Below, piece after piece: positions 27,255-36,144 of a stretch of 64,000 nucleotides of DNA. This stretch comes from an uncultured Chloroflexia bacterium (GTDB lineage Bacteria > Chloroflexota > Chloroflexia > QHBQ01 > JADMIH01). The stretch lies in contig CAWCNY010000007.1 in assembly GCA_963797095.1 (NCBI GenBank), positions 32,001-96,000 on the forward strand, written 5' to 3'. Position 1 is the first letter of the stretch; every line of letters begins with the position of its first letter. The notes beneath the pieces were generated by a model that was not told the DNA's origin, did not search any database, and saw nothing but the letters and a program-made list of their open reading frames with translations. Both the position numbers and the translations under genes were made by a program.

Positions 27255-27808
27255 CCGGTAGCCGGTAGCCGGTAGCCGGAGGACGATGGAGCATGATTGT
27301 GATTATTTGAGGAGGCACTGATGGCTGGACAAACTTATAGAGATTTGGAAGTTTGGCAGAAAAGTATGGACCTCGTAGTGCAGATATATGAGGTATCCAA
27401 ACTGTTCCCTAAAGATGAGCAATTCGGGTTGACAAACCAGATCCGTCGGGCCGCTGTGTCTATACCGGCAAACATTGCAGAAGGGCAGGGAAGATTGCAC
27501 GAAGGGGATTTCGTTCGCTTTCTTTCGATTGCTGGAGGCTCACTTACTGAAACTGAAACACATCTATTGATCGCAATTCGCTTAACTTGTGTTAGGAAGG
27601 AACAGGTCAGGAAAGCCTGGGAACTGGCACAGCAGGTAGGCCATATGCTGAACGGCCTTATCAGAAGTAAGAGAAGCTATATCGAAGGTAATGGCAAAAT
27701 CTCGGAAACCGCCGCACCATCTAGGAGCGATCACGATCCTGACCAGGAATACCCTCTATCCGGTAGCGACCTGTGAAACCGGCTACCGGCTACCGGCTAC
27801 CGGCTACC
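27250..27808. mobile_element. Putative insertion cassette: four-helix-bundle gene between 30-bp perfect inverted heptamer arrays
   Basis: 27250-27279 (GGTAGCC)n is the exact reverse complement of 27779-27808 (GGCTACC)n; interior visibly more AT-rich than the flanking genes; mobility is inferred. Confidence 0.5.
27321..27776 (+). CDS. Four helix bundle protein (23S rRNA intervening-sequence protein/Avd-like fold)
   Basis: YRDLEVWQKSM.L...IY..FP..E.FGLT.QIRRAAVSIPANIAEG.GR...F.RFL.IA.GSL.E..T.L; GAGGAGG RBS. Confidence 0.93.
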   Translation: MAGQTYRDLEVWQKSMDLVVQIYEVSKLFPKDEQFGLTNQIRRAAVSIPANIAEGQGRLHEGDFVRFLSIAGGSLTETETHLLIAIRLTCVRKEQVRKAWELAQQVGHMLNGLIRSKRSYIEGNGKISETAAPSRSDHDPDQEYPLSGSDL

Positions 27809-28951
27809 AGTCCCCTGGCGGGCATCCTCGTCGCCGACTTCTCTCGCGTGCTGGCGGGGCCTTACTGCACTATGATGATGGGCGATTTGGGGGCAGACGT
27901 TATCAAAGTGGAGTCGCCTGAGGGGGATGATACGCGCAAGTGGGGGCCGCCTTACCAGGGAGGCGAGTCGGCTTATTATTTGGCGTGCAACAGGAACAAG
28001 CGAAGTGTGGTGCTGGACCTGAGGAGTGCACAAGGACTCGGGTGGGCGCGCAGGCTGGCCTTGCGGAGCGATGTGCTGGTCGAGAACTTCCGGCTGGGGG
28101 CAATGGAAGAGTGGGGGCTGGGGCACGAACAGCTAGCGAAAGAGAACCCAGGGTTGATCTACTGCTCTATTTCGGGTTACGGGCGCACGGGGCCGAACGC
28201 CGACCTGCCCGGATACGATTATGTGATCCAGGGAGCGGGCGGGATCATGAGCATCACGGGGGAGGCAGATGGGCCACCCATGAAGATTGGCGTGGCAATC
28301 GTGGACCTGACGGCGGGGATGTTCGCGCTTTCGAGTATCCTGGCGGCGTTGCGGGTGCGGGACGCGACAGGCAAGGGGCAGAAGATAGACATCTCGCTGT
28401 TCGATTCGCACCTGGCCTGGCTCGCCAATGTAGGGGGCGGTTATTTGGTGTCGGGGGAGACGCCTGGGAGATATGGCAGCGGACACGCCAATATTGTGCC
28501 TTACCAGACGTTCCGTGCGGAGGACGGGTGGCTGGTGGTGACGGTGGGGAACGACAAGCAGTGGGCACGTATGTGCAACGCCGTGGAGAGACCCGACCTG
28601 TTGGCCGATGAGAGGTGGGCAACCAACGAAGCGCGCGTCCGCAATCGGGGGATGCTCGTTCCAATTCTGGAGGAATTGTTCGCGGGCAGAAATGTGGATG
28701 AGTGGCTGGCGCTGCTGAAAGAGTGCGAAGTGCCGGCAGGGCGCGTGAACACGGTGGGTCAGGCGCTGAACGACCCGCAGACGATAGAACGCGGGATGGT
28801 GCAGGAGGTCGAGCACCCTGGGATCGGCCCATTGCGGATGGTGGCATCGCCGCTCCATTTGCAGGATACGCCTCCGACCATCAGGCGACACCCGCCAATG
28901 CTGGGGGAGCACACCGAGGAAGTGCTGGGGTGGTTGGCGAGTGACGAGTGA
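27773..28951 (+). CDS. CaiB/BaiF family III CoA-transferase
   Basis: PL.G..V.D.SRVLAGP, GADVIKVE...GD.TR, NRNKRS, DVLVENFR, GYD...Q, P.LGEHT. Confidence 0.93.
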   Translation: MKPATGYRLPATSPLAGILVADFSRVLAGPYCTMMMGDLGADVIKVESPEGDDTRKWGPPYQGGESAYYLACNRNKRSVVLDLRSAQGLGWARRLALRSDVLVENFRLGAMEEWGLGHEQLAKENPGLIYCSISGYGRTGPNADLPGYDYVIQGAGGIMSITGEADGPPMKIGVAIVDLTAGMFALSSILAALRVRDATGKGQKIDISLFDSHLAWLANVGGGYLVSGETPGRYGSGHANIVPYQTFRAEDGWLVVTVGNDKQWARMCNAVERPDLLADERWATNEARVRNRGMLVPILEELFAGRNVDEWLALLKECEVPAGRVNTVGQALNDPQTIERGMVQEVEHPGIGPLRMVASPLHLQDTPPTIRRHPPMLGEHTEEVLGWLASDE

Positions 28952-29025
28952 CGAGTGGCGAGTGACGAGCATTAGATACGCAGCACGCAGCACGCAGCAC
29001 GCAGCACGCAGTACGCAGTACGTAC
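28937..29025. repeat. Two consecutive heptamer arrays
   Basis: (RCGAGTG)x4.7 at 28937-28969 containing the CoA-transferase TGA; (YACGCAG)x6 at 28977-29018. Confidence 0.92.
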
Positions 29026-29035
29026 TAGAGATTGC

Positions 29036-31501
29036 TTGTATATGAAAAGACCTCGTGCCAGGCGGATAAATTCGATCAGGAGGGCAATCGGAAGGCGATG
29101 GTCAATTGCCCGGCGTCCTCCGGCTTTCGCCCGCCGTCCTGCGTCGGGCACGCGTCGCCCGACCCGCATCCAGAGCCTCAGGCCGCAGATGGCGCAGGCT
29201 TACAGGCTTTTGCGGGCGGCATCGCGGCTGGGCGTGCCGGGGTCGCTGCCAGCGCCTCCTGAGTTACTGCCTGCCGGGGCGCGAGTGCTGGCGCAGGGGT
29301 ATCTCAACAGGTTCGCGCTGCCGCTGCTTGGCGGGTGGATGCTGCCGAGATGGATGAAGGAGCAGATCGACCCTGAGAGCGATTGGTTCGTGCCACGCAG
29401 CGTGACGAACTTGATGGCAAACCAGACGCGGCGCAACTGGACCGCGCTTGGTTTGCCGGGGCGCGAACACCCAATCGAGAGCATTGTAGATAGGTGGGGT
29501 TTGCTAACCCCGGTGCCCGGCGGGCCGTCGCTTGATTGGTGGGTGCAGGTGGACGATGGCAAAGAGGGCAGGATGGCCGCGAGCGATGGGCGAGGGACGC
29601 TGCAAACTTTGCAGGGGGGTTTGCCCATCGTTGTTACCTCATACGAGGCAGATGGTATGCGGGTAGTGAGCGAGGCGTGGCTGCTGGCAGCGGAGGATGG
29701 GGACTGGGCTGCTATGCAGGTCGTGTTGTTCAATATCGCGGACGTGCCCTTGAGTGGAACCTTCTCGTTCGCGTTGCGGCCCTACAACCCGGAGGGTATA
29801 GCGCCTATCTACGATATCGCATACGACGAAGCTGAGACGACCCTGGTGGCCGACGGGTATGCGGGGCCGTACACGTGGCCCGCGCCTGACGAGTGGGCTT
29901 TGTCGGGGATCGTGGGGGAGGACCTATTTGCGGGGGACGAAGGACGAAAGCCGAACGACGAAGGACGAGTGGGGGTGGCTGCGGCGCGAAGCACACATTT
30001 GCACGATGCGAAGGGCTTCGCTCATGGGGTGCTCAACTTCCGCTTTCAGATCGAGCCGTGGGAGGAGGCGGAGTACCTGGCGTTCATGCCTGTGACGGGG
30101 CGAAGGACCAAAGCCGAACGACGAAGGATGTCGCAGGTCGCGAGTTATGAGTTGAGGGAGGCGGAACGCGCTTCTGATAAGAGGAACCCCAAGACTGAAG
30201 CGCGAAACCCGAAATACTACAGCCGGGTAAAAGCTGAGACCACATTGCGGTGGCAGGAGTTGTTGGGCGGCGCGGGAAGGATGAAGATTGAGGTCCCGCA
30301 CAGGGAGTTGCAGGCTTCGTGGGACGCGAACAGGGCGCATCTGCTGGCGTTGCACGACGGGCCGATCATCACGCCGGGGCCGGACCTGTACCACAGCTTC
30401 TGGCTGCGAGACGGCGCATATATGACTTACGCGCTGTCGGCTTGCGGCTTTCGAGAGGAGGCGGCGGAGCTATTGCGGGGCTTCGCCCGGATGCAGAGGC
30501 GCGATGGGGCCTTCGTATCGCACCAGGGAGAGTGGGACGGCACAGGACAGGCATTGTGGTGCATGGCGCAGCACCTGGCGCTATACAGTGACCGAGTGCT
30601 GGCGGCGGAGTTGAGGCCGCACGTGAGACGAGGCGGTCAATGGATCATAGAGACGCTGGCAGGATCGCCTGGAGGGTTGATGCCGCCTGGGGTGTCGTCG
30701 GAGCACCTGGGGCCACCCGATAGCTACTACTGGGACAGTATATGGTCGCTGGCGGGGCTGAGGTCGGCGGAGGCGATCACGCGCAACCCGGCGTTCGGGC
30801 GGGCGGCTGCACGCCTGCGAAGTCGGCTGGCGAGCGCATGGGCCACCGACATGGCCGCGTTGGGGCGTGAGGCGCTGGTGGGCGCGCCAGGGCGGGGGAT
30901 CGATATGGGGATGGTCGGGACGCTGGCGGCGTGGTTTCCTCTGAGGCTTGTGCCCGCCGACAGCCCGCTACTGGAAGGGACACTGGCGGCGCTAGAGGAG
31001 AAGTTGTTCTACAAGGGGGCGCTGCTGGTGAATACCGGGCATTCCGGGTGGGGGACCTATTTGAACATGAGGCTGGCTGGGTGCAGGCTGTTGCAGGGAT
31101 CCCCGAAAGGGTGGGAGCTTATGAAGTGGCTGCTGGCGCATGCGTCGCCCACTTACAACTGGCCTGAGGCGATCCACCCGAAATCGGGCGGAGGGAGCGC
31201 GGGGGATGGGCACCACGGGTGGGCATCCGCCGAGTGGCTGATGCTGGTGCGCGCTATGTTGCTGGAGGAGGGCGAGAAAAGCATAACCCTTGCGCCTGGG
31301 GTGCCCGCCGAGTGGCTGGAGAGAGCAGGCGAGATAAAGGTTGAGGGCGCGCCCACGCGCTTTGGGACGGTCTCATACCGGATCGAGTGGGAAGACGGCG
31401 GCCGCAATTTACAAATACGTGCAGAGCGCGAGGGAATCAGGAAGGGAGTTGCTGTGCTGTGGCGCGATCCCAGGACGGGAAAGATTGAGACGCCCGCATG
31501 A
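29036..31501 (+). CDS. Large putative six-hairpin (alpha/alpha)6 glycoside hydrolase-like protein; start uncertain
   Basis: PGP..Y..FWLRDGA, Q..DG.F, EWDGTGQALW, GL.PPG.S.EH, YWD..W..AGL, W.E..HP...GDG.HGW. Confidence 0.6.
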   Translation: MYMKRPRARRINSIRRAIGRRWSIARRPPAFARRPASGTRRPTRIQSLRPQMAQAYRLLRAASRLGVPGSLPAPPELLPAGARVLAQGYLNRFALPLLGGWMLPRWMKEQIDPESDWFVPRSVTNLMANQTRRNWTALGLPGREHPIESIVDRWGLLTPVPGGPSLDWWVQVDDGKEGRMAASDGRGTLQTLQGGLPIVVTSYEADGMRVVSEAWLLAAEDGDWAAMQVVLFNIADVPLSGTFSFALRPYNPEGIAPIYDIAYDEAETTLVADGYAGPYTWPAPDEWALSGIVGEDLFAGDEGRKPNDEGRVGVAAARSTHLHDAKGFAHGVLNFRFQIEPWEEAEYLAFMPVTGRRTKAERRRMSQVASYELREAERASDKRNPKTEARNPKYYSRVKAETTLRWQELLGGAGRMKIEVPHRELQASWDANRAHLLALHDGPIITPGPDLYHSFWLRDGAYMTYALSACGFREEAAELLRGFARMQRRDGAFVSHQGEWDGTGQALWCMAQHLALYSDRVLAAELRPHVRRGGQWIIETLAGSPGGLMPPGVSSEHLGPPDSYYWDSIWSLAGLRSAEAITRNPAFGRAAARLRSRLASAWATDMAALGREALVGAPGRGIDMGMVGTLAAWFPLRLVPADSPLLEGTLAALEEKLFYKGALLVNTGHSGWGTYLNMRLAGCRLLQGSPKGWELMKWLLAHASPTYNWPEAIHPKSGGGSAGDGHHGWASAEWLMLVRAMLLEEGEKSITLAPGVPAEWLERAGEIKVEGAPTRFGTVSYRIEWEDGGRNLQIRAEREGIRKGVAVLWRDPRTGKIETPA

Positions 31502-32493
31502 ACAAATTCCCGGTGTCGCTGATAATGACTGTGAGGAACGAGGCAAACAGCCTGCCCGGACTGCTGGAAAGCATCCTGACGGGGACGGCATTGCCCTCAG
31601 AGATCGTGATTGTGGATGGAGGGTCGAGCGACGGCACGCCGGATGTGGCGCGAGCCTACGCAGATAGGTTGCCCATAAGGCTCATTGAGAGGCCGGGGGC
31701 GAATATATCGGAGGGGCGTAACGCGGCTATCGAGGCGGCGCAATACGAGGTCATCGCAGCCACAGACGCGGGGGTGCGCCTTGAGGCCGGGTGGTTGGAA
31801 GCACTGGTGGGGCCGTTCTTTGAGGACGGAGGTTCGGTTGATGTCGTGTCGGGTTTCTTCGTGGCCGACCCGCGCACTCCCTTCGAGCGGGCTATGGGCG
31901 CGACCGTGCTCCCTGCTCTGGAAGATATAGAGCCTGAGAAGTTCCTGCCGTCAAGCAGGTCGGTGGCGTTTCGGAAGGAAGCGTGGGCCGAGGCGGGGGG
32001 ATACCCCGAATGGCTCGATTATTGCGAAGACCTCGTTTTTGACATGGCACTACGCGAGCGGGGGAAGCGGTTCGCGTTCGCGCCGGGGGCGGTGGCGCAT
32101 TTCAGGCCACGCCCGACGCTCAAGGCGTTTTTCGTGCAATATTACCGGTACGCCAGGGGCGACGGCAAAGCCGATCTGTGGCGCAAGAGGCATGCAGTCC
32201 GCTATGCGACCTATATAGTGGGGGGTTGGGTGGCAGCCTGGGCCCGGGGGGAGCGCGGATCGGTTGCGGGCAAGTTGGCGATGGCGCTCATGCCGGCGGC
32301 GGGCGCTGCTTATTGCAGGAGGCCATACGCGAGGTTATTGCCCACGTTGCGCGGGCAGTCTCCCGTCGCGACTCTCTACGCGCTGGCGCTCGTGCCGGTG
32401 ATAAGGCTCACGGGCGATATAGCCAAGATGCTCGGTTACCCGGTGGGGGTGTGGTGGCGATTGACGCGCAAGTCTCGCGGGCATCGCAAGTGA
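31498..32493 (+). CDS. Glycosyltransferase family 2
   Basis: VSLI.T..NE, EI.IVDGGS.DGT, GRN..I, TDA, GGY...ED. Confidence 0.92.
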   Translation: MNKFPVSLIMTVRNEANSLPGLLESILTGTALPSEIVIVDGGSSDGTPDVARAYADRLPIRLIERPGANISEGRNAAIEAAQYEVIAATDAGVRLEAGWLEALVGPFFEDGGSVDVVSGFFVADPRTPFERAMGATVLPALEDIEPEKFLPSSRSVAFRKEAWAEAGGYPEWLDYCEDLVFDMALRERGKRFAFAPGAVAHFRPRPTLKAFFVQYYRYARGDGKADLWRKRHAVRYATYIVGGWVAAWARGERGSVAGKLAMALMPAAGAAYCRRPYARLLPTLRGQSPVATLYALALVPVIRLTGDIAKMLGYPVGVWWRLTRKSRGHRK

Positions 32494-32523
32494 TATACTT
32501 AAGGCGACAATCCTGGAGGTGTT

Positions 32524-33330
32524 ATGCAGGATCAGGTTGGTCTGATCACTAACGAAGGATATCACGAAAGGCTGATGCTGCTGGCGAAGTCGGCGGCGGC
32601 GGGGTTCCGCAGCCTGTCGCTGGCGGCTGATGGCGGGTCGAGTGAGGATGTGGGTGGAGCGCTCTGCTGGTACTCGACTTCGTATGTGCCGGTGTTCAAC
32701 GGGGCGGCCATCCTGGACGGGAGCCTGTTCACGCGCTCTACCATCAATCTTATCGAGCGGTATTTCAGGCACAGAGGGCGGCCATACAGCATCATGACGC
32801 TGGAGGCGCTTGTGCCACGCGCCTCGGAGATGCTGGCACCCTTCAACTACGTCGAGTATGACAGCATGCCCGCTATGTGGTTAGAGGGAATGCCCGCCAA
32901 CAACCCACCTCCTTCCCGCGAGGTGTGGATCAGGCAGGTCGATTCGCCGGTGCCGCTGTCGGTGTTCCGCAGGATTTTGAGCACTGTGTTTCACCTGAGC
33001 ATGCAGGAAGTGAATCTTGTGCTGGGGGAGCGGACGCTGACGATAGAGCATGTGCGGCACTACCTGGCGTGGGTGGGCAATACGCCGGTTGGCACGGCTT
33101 CGCTGGTGCTGTCGGATGGGATGGCGGGGGTGTGGAACGTGGGCACGATGCCCGAATACAGGCACAGGGGCGTGGCGGCCACCCTCATGCACCACATCCT
33201 GTCGGAAGCGCGTGCGATGGGATACAAGAGCAGTATGCTGCTGGCATCGAACGAGGGCCAGCCGCTATACGAGCGGCTGGGGTACGAGACCCTGAGCCAT
33301 ATAAGGGTGTTCGTGCCGCTCAGGATGTAA
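32524..33330 (+). CDS. GNAT family N-acetyltransferase
   Basis: NVGT.PEYR.RGVA, L.AS..G..LYERLGY. Confidence 0.88.
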   Translation: MQDQVGLITNEGYHERLMLLAKSAAAGFRSLSLAADGGSSEDVGGALCWYSTSYVPVFNGAAILDGSLFTRSTINLIERYFRHRGRPYSIMTLEALVPRASEMLAPFNYVEYDSMPAMWLEGMPANNPPPSREVWIRQVDSPVPLSVFRRILSTVFHLSMQEVNLVLGERTLTIEHVRHYLAWVGNTPVGTASLVLSDGMAGVWNVGTMPEYRHRGVAATLMHHILSEARAMGYKSSMLLASNEGQPLYERLGYETLSHIRVFVPLRM

Positions 33331-33393
33331 GTTCCAAGTTCCAAGTTCCTGGTAGTCGGTAGTCGGTAGTCGGAACTAGAGACTTGGAACTTA
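33328..33393. repeat. Fold-back heptamer element between convergent genes
   Basis: TAAGTTCCAAGT / ACTTGGAACTTA 12-bp arms (each containing one gene's TAA) enclosing GTTCCWR and GTAGTCG heptamers. Confidence 0.85.
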
Positions 33394-33798
33394 CGGTCGC
33401 AGCGCCTTCGGTATCCTGGTGTAGCGCCACTTCTGCTGGCGATTAGCCATTATCTCAATGTTCTCCCACACGTCGGGGCCTACATCGGGGCGGATTGTGG
33501 GAAGCCACTCTTTAACGCGCTCCCAGGTGTAATCCACGCTTTCAATTGCGTCGAAAAGAAGGTCTTCGCTCAGGAGGTTCTGATCTACCAGGGCACCTAC
33601 CATCTCCCAGTAGCCGAGGATGGTGGTCAGCATGCGCCATTCGTCGCTGCCTCTAGGGTATTTCTCATGCACCTCTGCCCAGGTGCCCGGCTGGAATTCA
33701 GCGTTGAACCACTTCTCCGACGCCTGCAAGTATGGGTCGAGCCTTAGCTTGAACAACCTGACCATTAAATGTGCGTCTTCTTGAGTGGGTATGCTCAC
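33391..33798 (-). CDS. Conserved hypothetical helical protein (DUF4760-like)
   Basis: GTG start after CAGGAG; DA.L...L..LR...YWEM.G.LV....L..DL.F...W......P...WEN.E pattern. Confidence 0.6.
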   Translation of the reverse strand: MSIPTQEDAHLMVRLFKLRLDPYLQASEKWFNAEFQPGTWAEVHEKYPRGSDEWRMLTTILGYWEMVGALVDQNLLSEDLLFDAIESVDYTWERVKEWLPTIRPDVGPDVWENIEIMANRQQKWRYTRIPKALRP

Positions 33799-33813
33799 GG
33801 GTTGTCTCCTGAT

Positions 33814-33888
33814 GGTAGTCGGTAGTCGGTAGTCGGTAGTCGGTAGTCGGTAGTCGGTAGTCGGTAGTTCCTGGTTCCTGGTTCCTGG
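33814..33888. repeat. Composite heptamer array, same grammar as 23568
   Basis: (GGTAGTC)x7.7-(TTCCTGG)x3. Confidence 0.93.
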
Positions 33889-34001
33889 GTTGCTTTGCAC
33901 TATGGGTAGTTTTGTAGGGCTTGGGAGGCCAGTATACAGGTAGGAGAAGGTGGGTGGCAAGCCTGAGACGTGAGACGTAGCAGAAATGCGCCTCGCGTCC
34001 C

Positions 34002-34030
34002 TTGCCTGTGAGGGAGGTATTGCATATAAT
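34002..34030 (+). promoter_or_regulatory. sigma70 promoter of tyrS
   Basis: TTGCCT-17-TATAAT. Confidence 0.7.
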
Positions 34031-34059
34031 GGCAGGCACAAGAGAATATACGCAGGTGT

Positions 34060-34323
34060 GGAACGAAGAAGAAGTAGCTGCGCGGTGGGCCTACCAGAGA
34101 GGGGGCGGGTGGTGCGAATCCCCAGGAGCCGCATGGCGAAATACACCTTCGGGAGCCTGCCGGGTTGCGCCCGTTACAGCGTGGGGTCGAGCGTGATACG
34201 TGATGGGTAATACGTGATACGTGAGACCGGCAGAGGCGCGGATCGTGAGGTCTGCGTGAAGCAACGGTGGTAACACGAAGCTTGTTAGCTTTGTCCGTCG
34301 CAGTGGCGGGCAAGGCTTTTTTG
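34060..34323 (+). ncRNA. Tyrosine T-box riboswitch (transcription attenuator)
   Basis: Stem I AGAGA...GGTGCGAA, specifier GAAA-TAC (Tyr, 34142-34144), T-box AAGCAACGGTGGTAACACG, antiterminator ACGG...CCGT, terminator GCTTTGTCCGTC...GGCGGGCAAGGCTTTTTT; upstream of tyrS. Confidence 0.88.
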
Positions 34324-34485
34324 TTGGCCTGGAGTACGTCCGGTTTTGGTACACGAAGAAGCGAAGAAGGACGAAGGGCACGGAGGATGCTTTTGGGTTT
34401 CACCATGGAGGCACTGAGTCATTCAGGAGAATGATACGCACTTCTAGCTTTGAACTTCAACCCTTCAAAAAACTAAAGGAGAGTA

Positions 34486-35883
34486 ATGGCAATGGATAAT
34501 CGTGAGGCTGTAGGGCCTGAGGAGCTGCATGCGGAGATTCGCGAGGAGCGGGAGGAGATGGTAGCGGAGGCTTCTTCCGAGATGTCGGAGGAGTTGAGCG
34601 ACCTGGAGGCCGAGGCTCAAGCGCGGTCGGGCGTGCAACTGGAGGAGGCCGAAAGGTGGCAGGGAGTGGATACGAGCGATGCCACGGTGCATGAGATCAT
34701 GACGCGGGGCGTCGTGGACGTGATCGTGCGGGAGGAATTGGAGAAGGCGCTGCGGTCTGGCCGGAAGCTGCGCGTGAAGCTTGGGATCGACCCGACAGGG
34801 CCGCTGCTGCACGTTGGACGGTCGGTGCCGCTGTTCAAGCTGCGACAGTTCCAGCAGGCGGGCCATCAGGTAGTGTTGATCATTGGAGATGGTACGGCGC
34901 TGGTGGGCGATGCTTCGGACAAGGATACCGAGCGGCCCCTCCTGACATCGGAGCAGATCGAGCAGAACATGGCGACCTACAAAGAGCAGGTGGGCAAGGT
35001 GCTCGACCTGGACAAGGTGGAGTTCAGGCACAACGGCGACTGGCTGTTGCAGTTGGGGCTGAAGGATTTGATCAGGCTGGCGTCGAAGTTCACTGTGGCG
35101 CAGATGATCCAGCGCGAGAACTTCTCGGACAGGTGGGAGCAGGGCAAGCCGATAGGGTTGCACGAGATTCTGTACCCGCTTATGCAGGGGTTCGACTCGG
35201 TGGCGATCAACTCCGACCTTGAGCTAGGCGGCACCGACCAGTTGTTCAACCTGATGGCCGGGCGGGCGTTGCAGGAGGACTTCGGGCAGCCGCCGCAGGC
35301 CGTGATGACCATGCAGATGATCCCTGGCACCGATGGGCGCAAGATGTCAACGTCCTGGGGGAACGCTGTTTGGATCCTTGACGATGCGAAAGAGCAGTTC
35401 GGCAAGATCATGTCGATGGGCGACCACGTGATCCCGACCTACCTGGAGTCGGTGACAACCATTCCTATGGACGAGGTGAAGCGCATAGAGGCCGGGCTTG
35501 CGGACGGAAGCGTGCACCCGATGGACGCGAAGAAACGGCTGGCGTGGGAGATCGTGAACCTGTATCACGGGCAGGAGGAGGCGGACCGCGCACAGGCCGA
35601 TTTCGAGGCGCAGTTCCAGCAAAGGGGATTGCCGAGCGATATACCTGAGGTGCAGATCGATCGCGTCCTGGTCGCCAAAGCCGACGAAGCAGGCGAGATT
35701 GGCATCCTCGACCTGCTGGTGAATACGGGACTTGCGCCCAACCGTAAACAGGCGCAAAGGCTGGTGGAGCAAGGTGGCGTCCGCATAAACGACGAACGCA
35801 TCACCGACCGGGCGCAGATGGTAAAGCCGGTGCCCGGAATGGTGGTGAAGGCGGGACGGAGCTTTGTGCGGATAGTAGAATGA
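34486..35883 (+). CDS. tyrS: Tyrosine--tRNA ligase with acidic N-terminal extension
   Basis: KLGIDPTG..LHVG, IGDGTA.VGD, YPLMQGFD, ELGGTDQLFN, KMSTS.GN, C-terminal S4 domain. Confidence 0.96.
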   Translation: MAMDNREAVGPEELHAEIREEREEMVAEASSEMSEELSDLEAEAQARSGVQLEEAERWQGVDTSDATVHEIMTRGVVDVIVREELEKALRSGRKLRVKLGIDPTGPLLHVGRSVPLFKLRQFQQAGHQVVLIIGDGTALVGDASDKDTERPLLTSEQIEQNMATYKEQVGKVLDLDKVEFRHNGDWLLQLGLKDLIRLASKFTVAQMIQRENFSDRWEQGKPIGLHEILYPLMQGFDSVAINSDLELGGTDQLFNLMAGRALQEDFGQPPQAVMTMQMIPGTDGRKMSTSWGNAVWILDDAKEQFGKIMSMGDHVIPTYLESVTTIPMDEVKRIEAGLADGSVHPMDAKKRLAWEIVNLYHGQEEADRAQADFEAQFQQRGLPSDIPEVQIDRVLVAKADEAGEIGILDLLVNTGLAPNRKQAQRLVEQGGVRINDERITDRAQMVKPVPGMVVKAGRSFVRIVE

Positions 35884-35962
35884 TCGCAAAGGTACAGGCG
35901 TAAGGTGGGTCTTGTGCCCGTTGCGCGCATCATGCTAAGGCATGGCAAGCCTCTATGCCTGG

Positions 35963-36073
35963 GTCATCCTGATACGAAGTGAAGGATCTCGATCCTCGCG
36001 TACACTCCTGGGTTTGGTACGCTCCCAAAGAGCGATCTTGAAGGACGTCATCCTTCACTTCGTTCAGGATGAC
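35963..36073. repeat. REP-like palindromic element between convergent genes
   Basis: GTCATCCTGATACGAAGTGAAGGAT ... ATCCTTCACTTCGTTCAGGATGAC near-perfect inverted arms. Confidence 0.75.
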
Positions 36074-36144
36074 GGGCCCTCACCTGGCACTTCGAGAACG
36101 GCATGCGCCTCTCCTAAGCGTGAAATGCCCAGCTTGATTCGTCA

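Noticed and set aside
27321-27776. DGR (Avd) or 23S rRNA intervening sequence
   Set aside because: No reverse transcriptase, no TR/VR pair and no rRNA sequence nearby; both flanks are protein-coding genes.
33799-34146. N-terminal extension of the 33391 ORF (TTDYRLP repeats)
   Set aside because: It is translation of the heptamer array and the tyrS promoter/T-box antisense; a GTG with RBS at 33798 is the likelier start.
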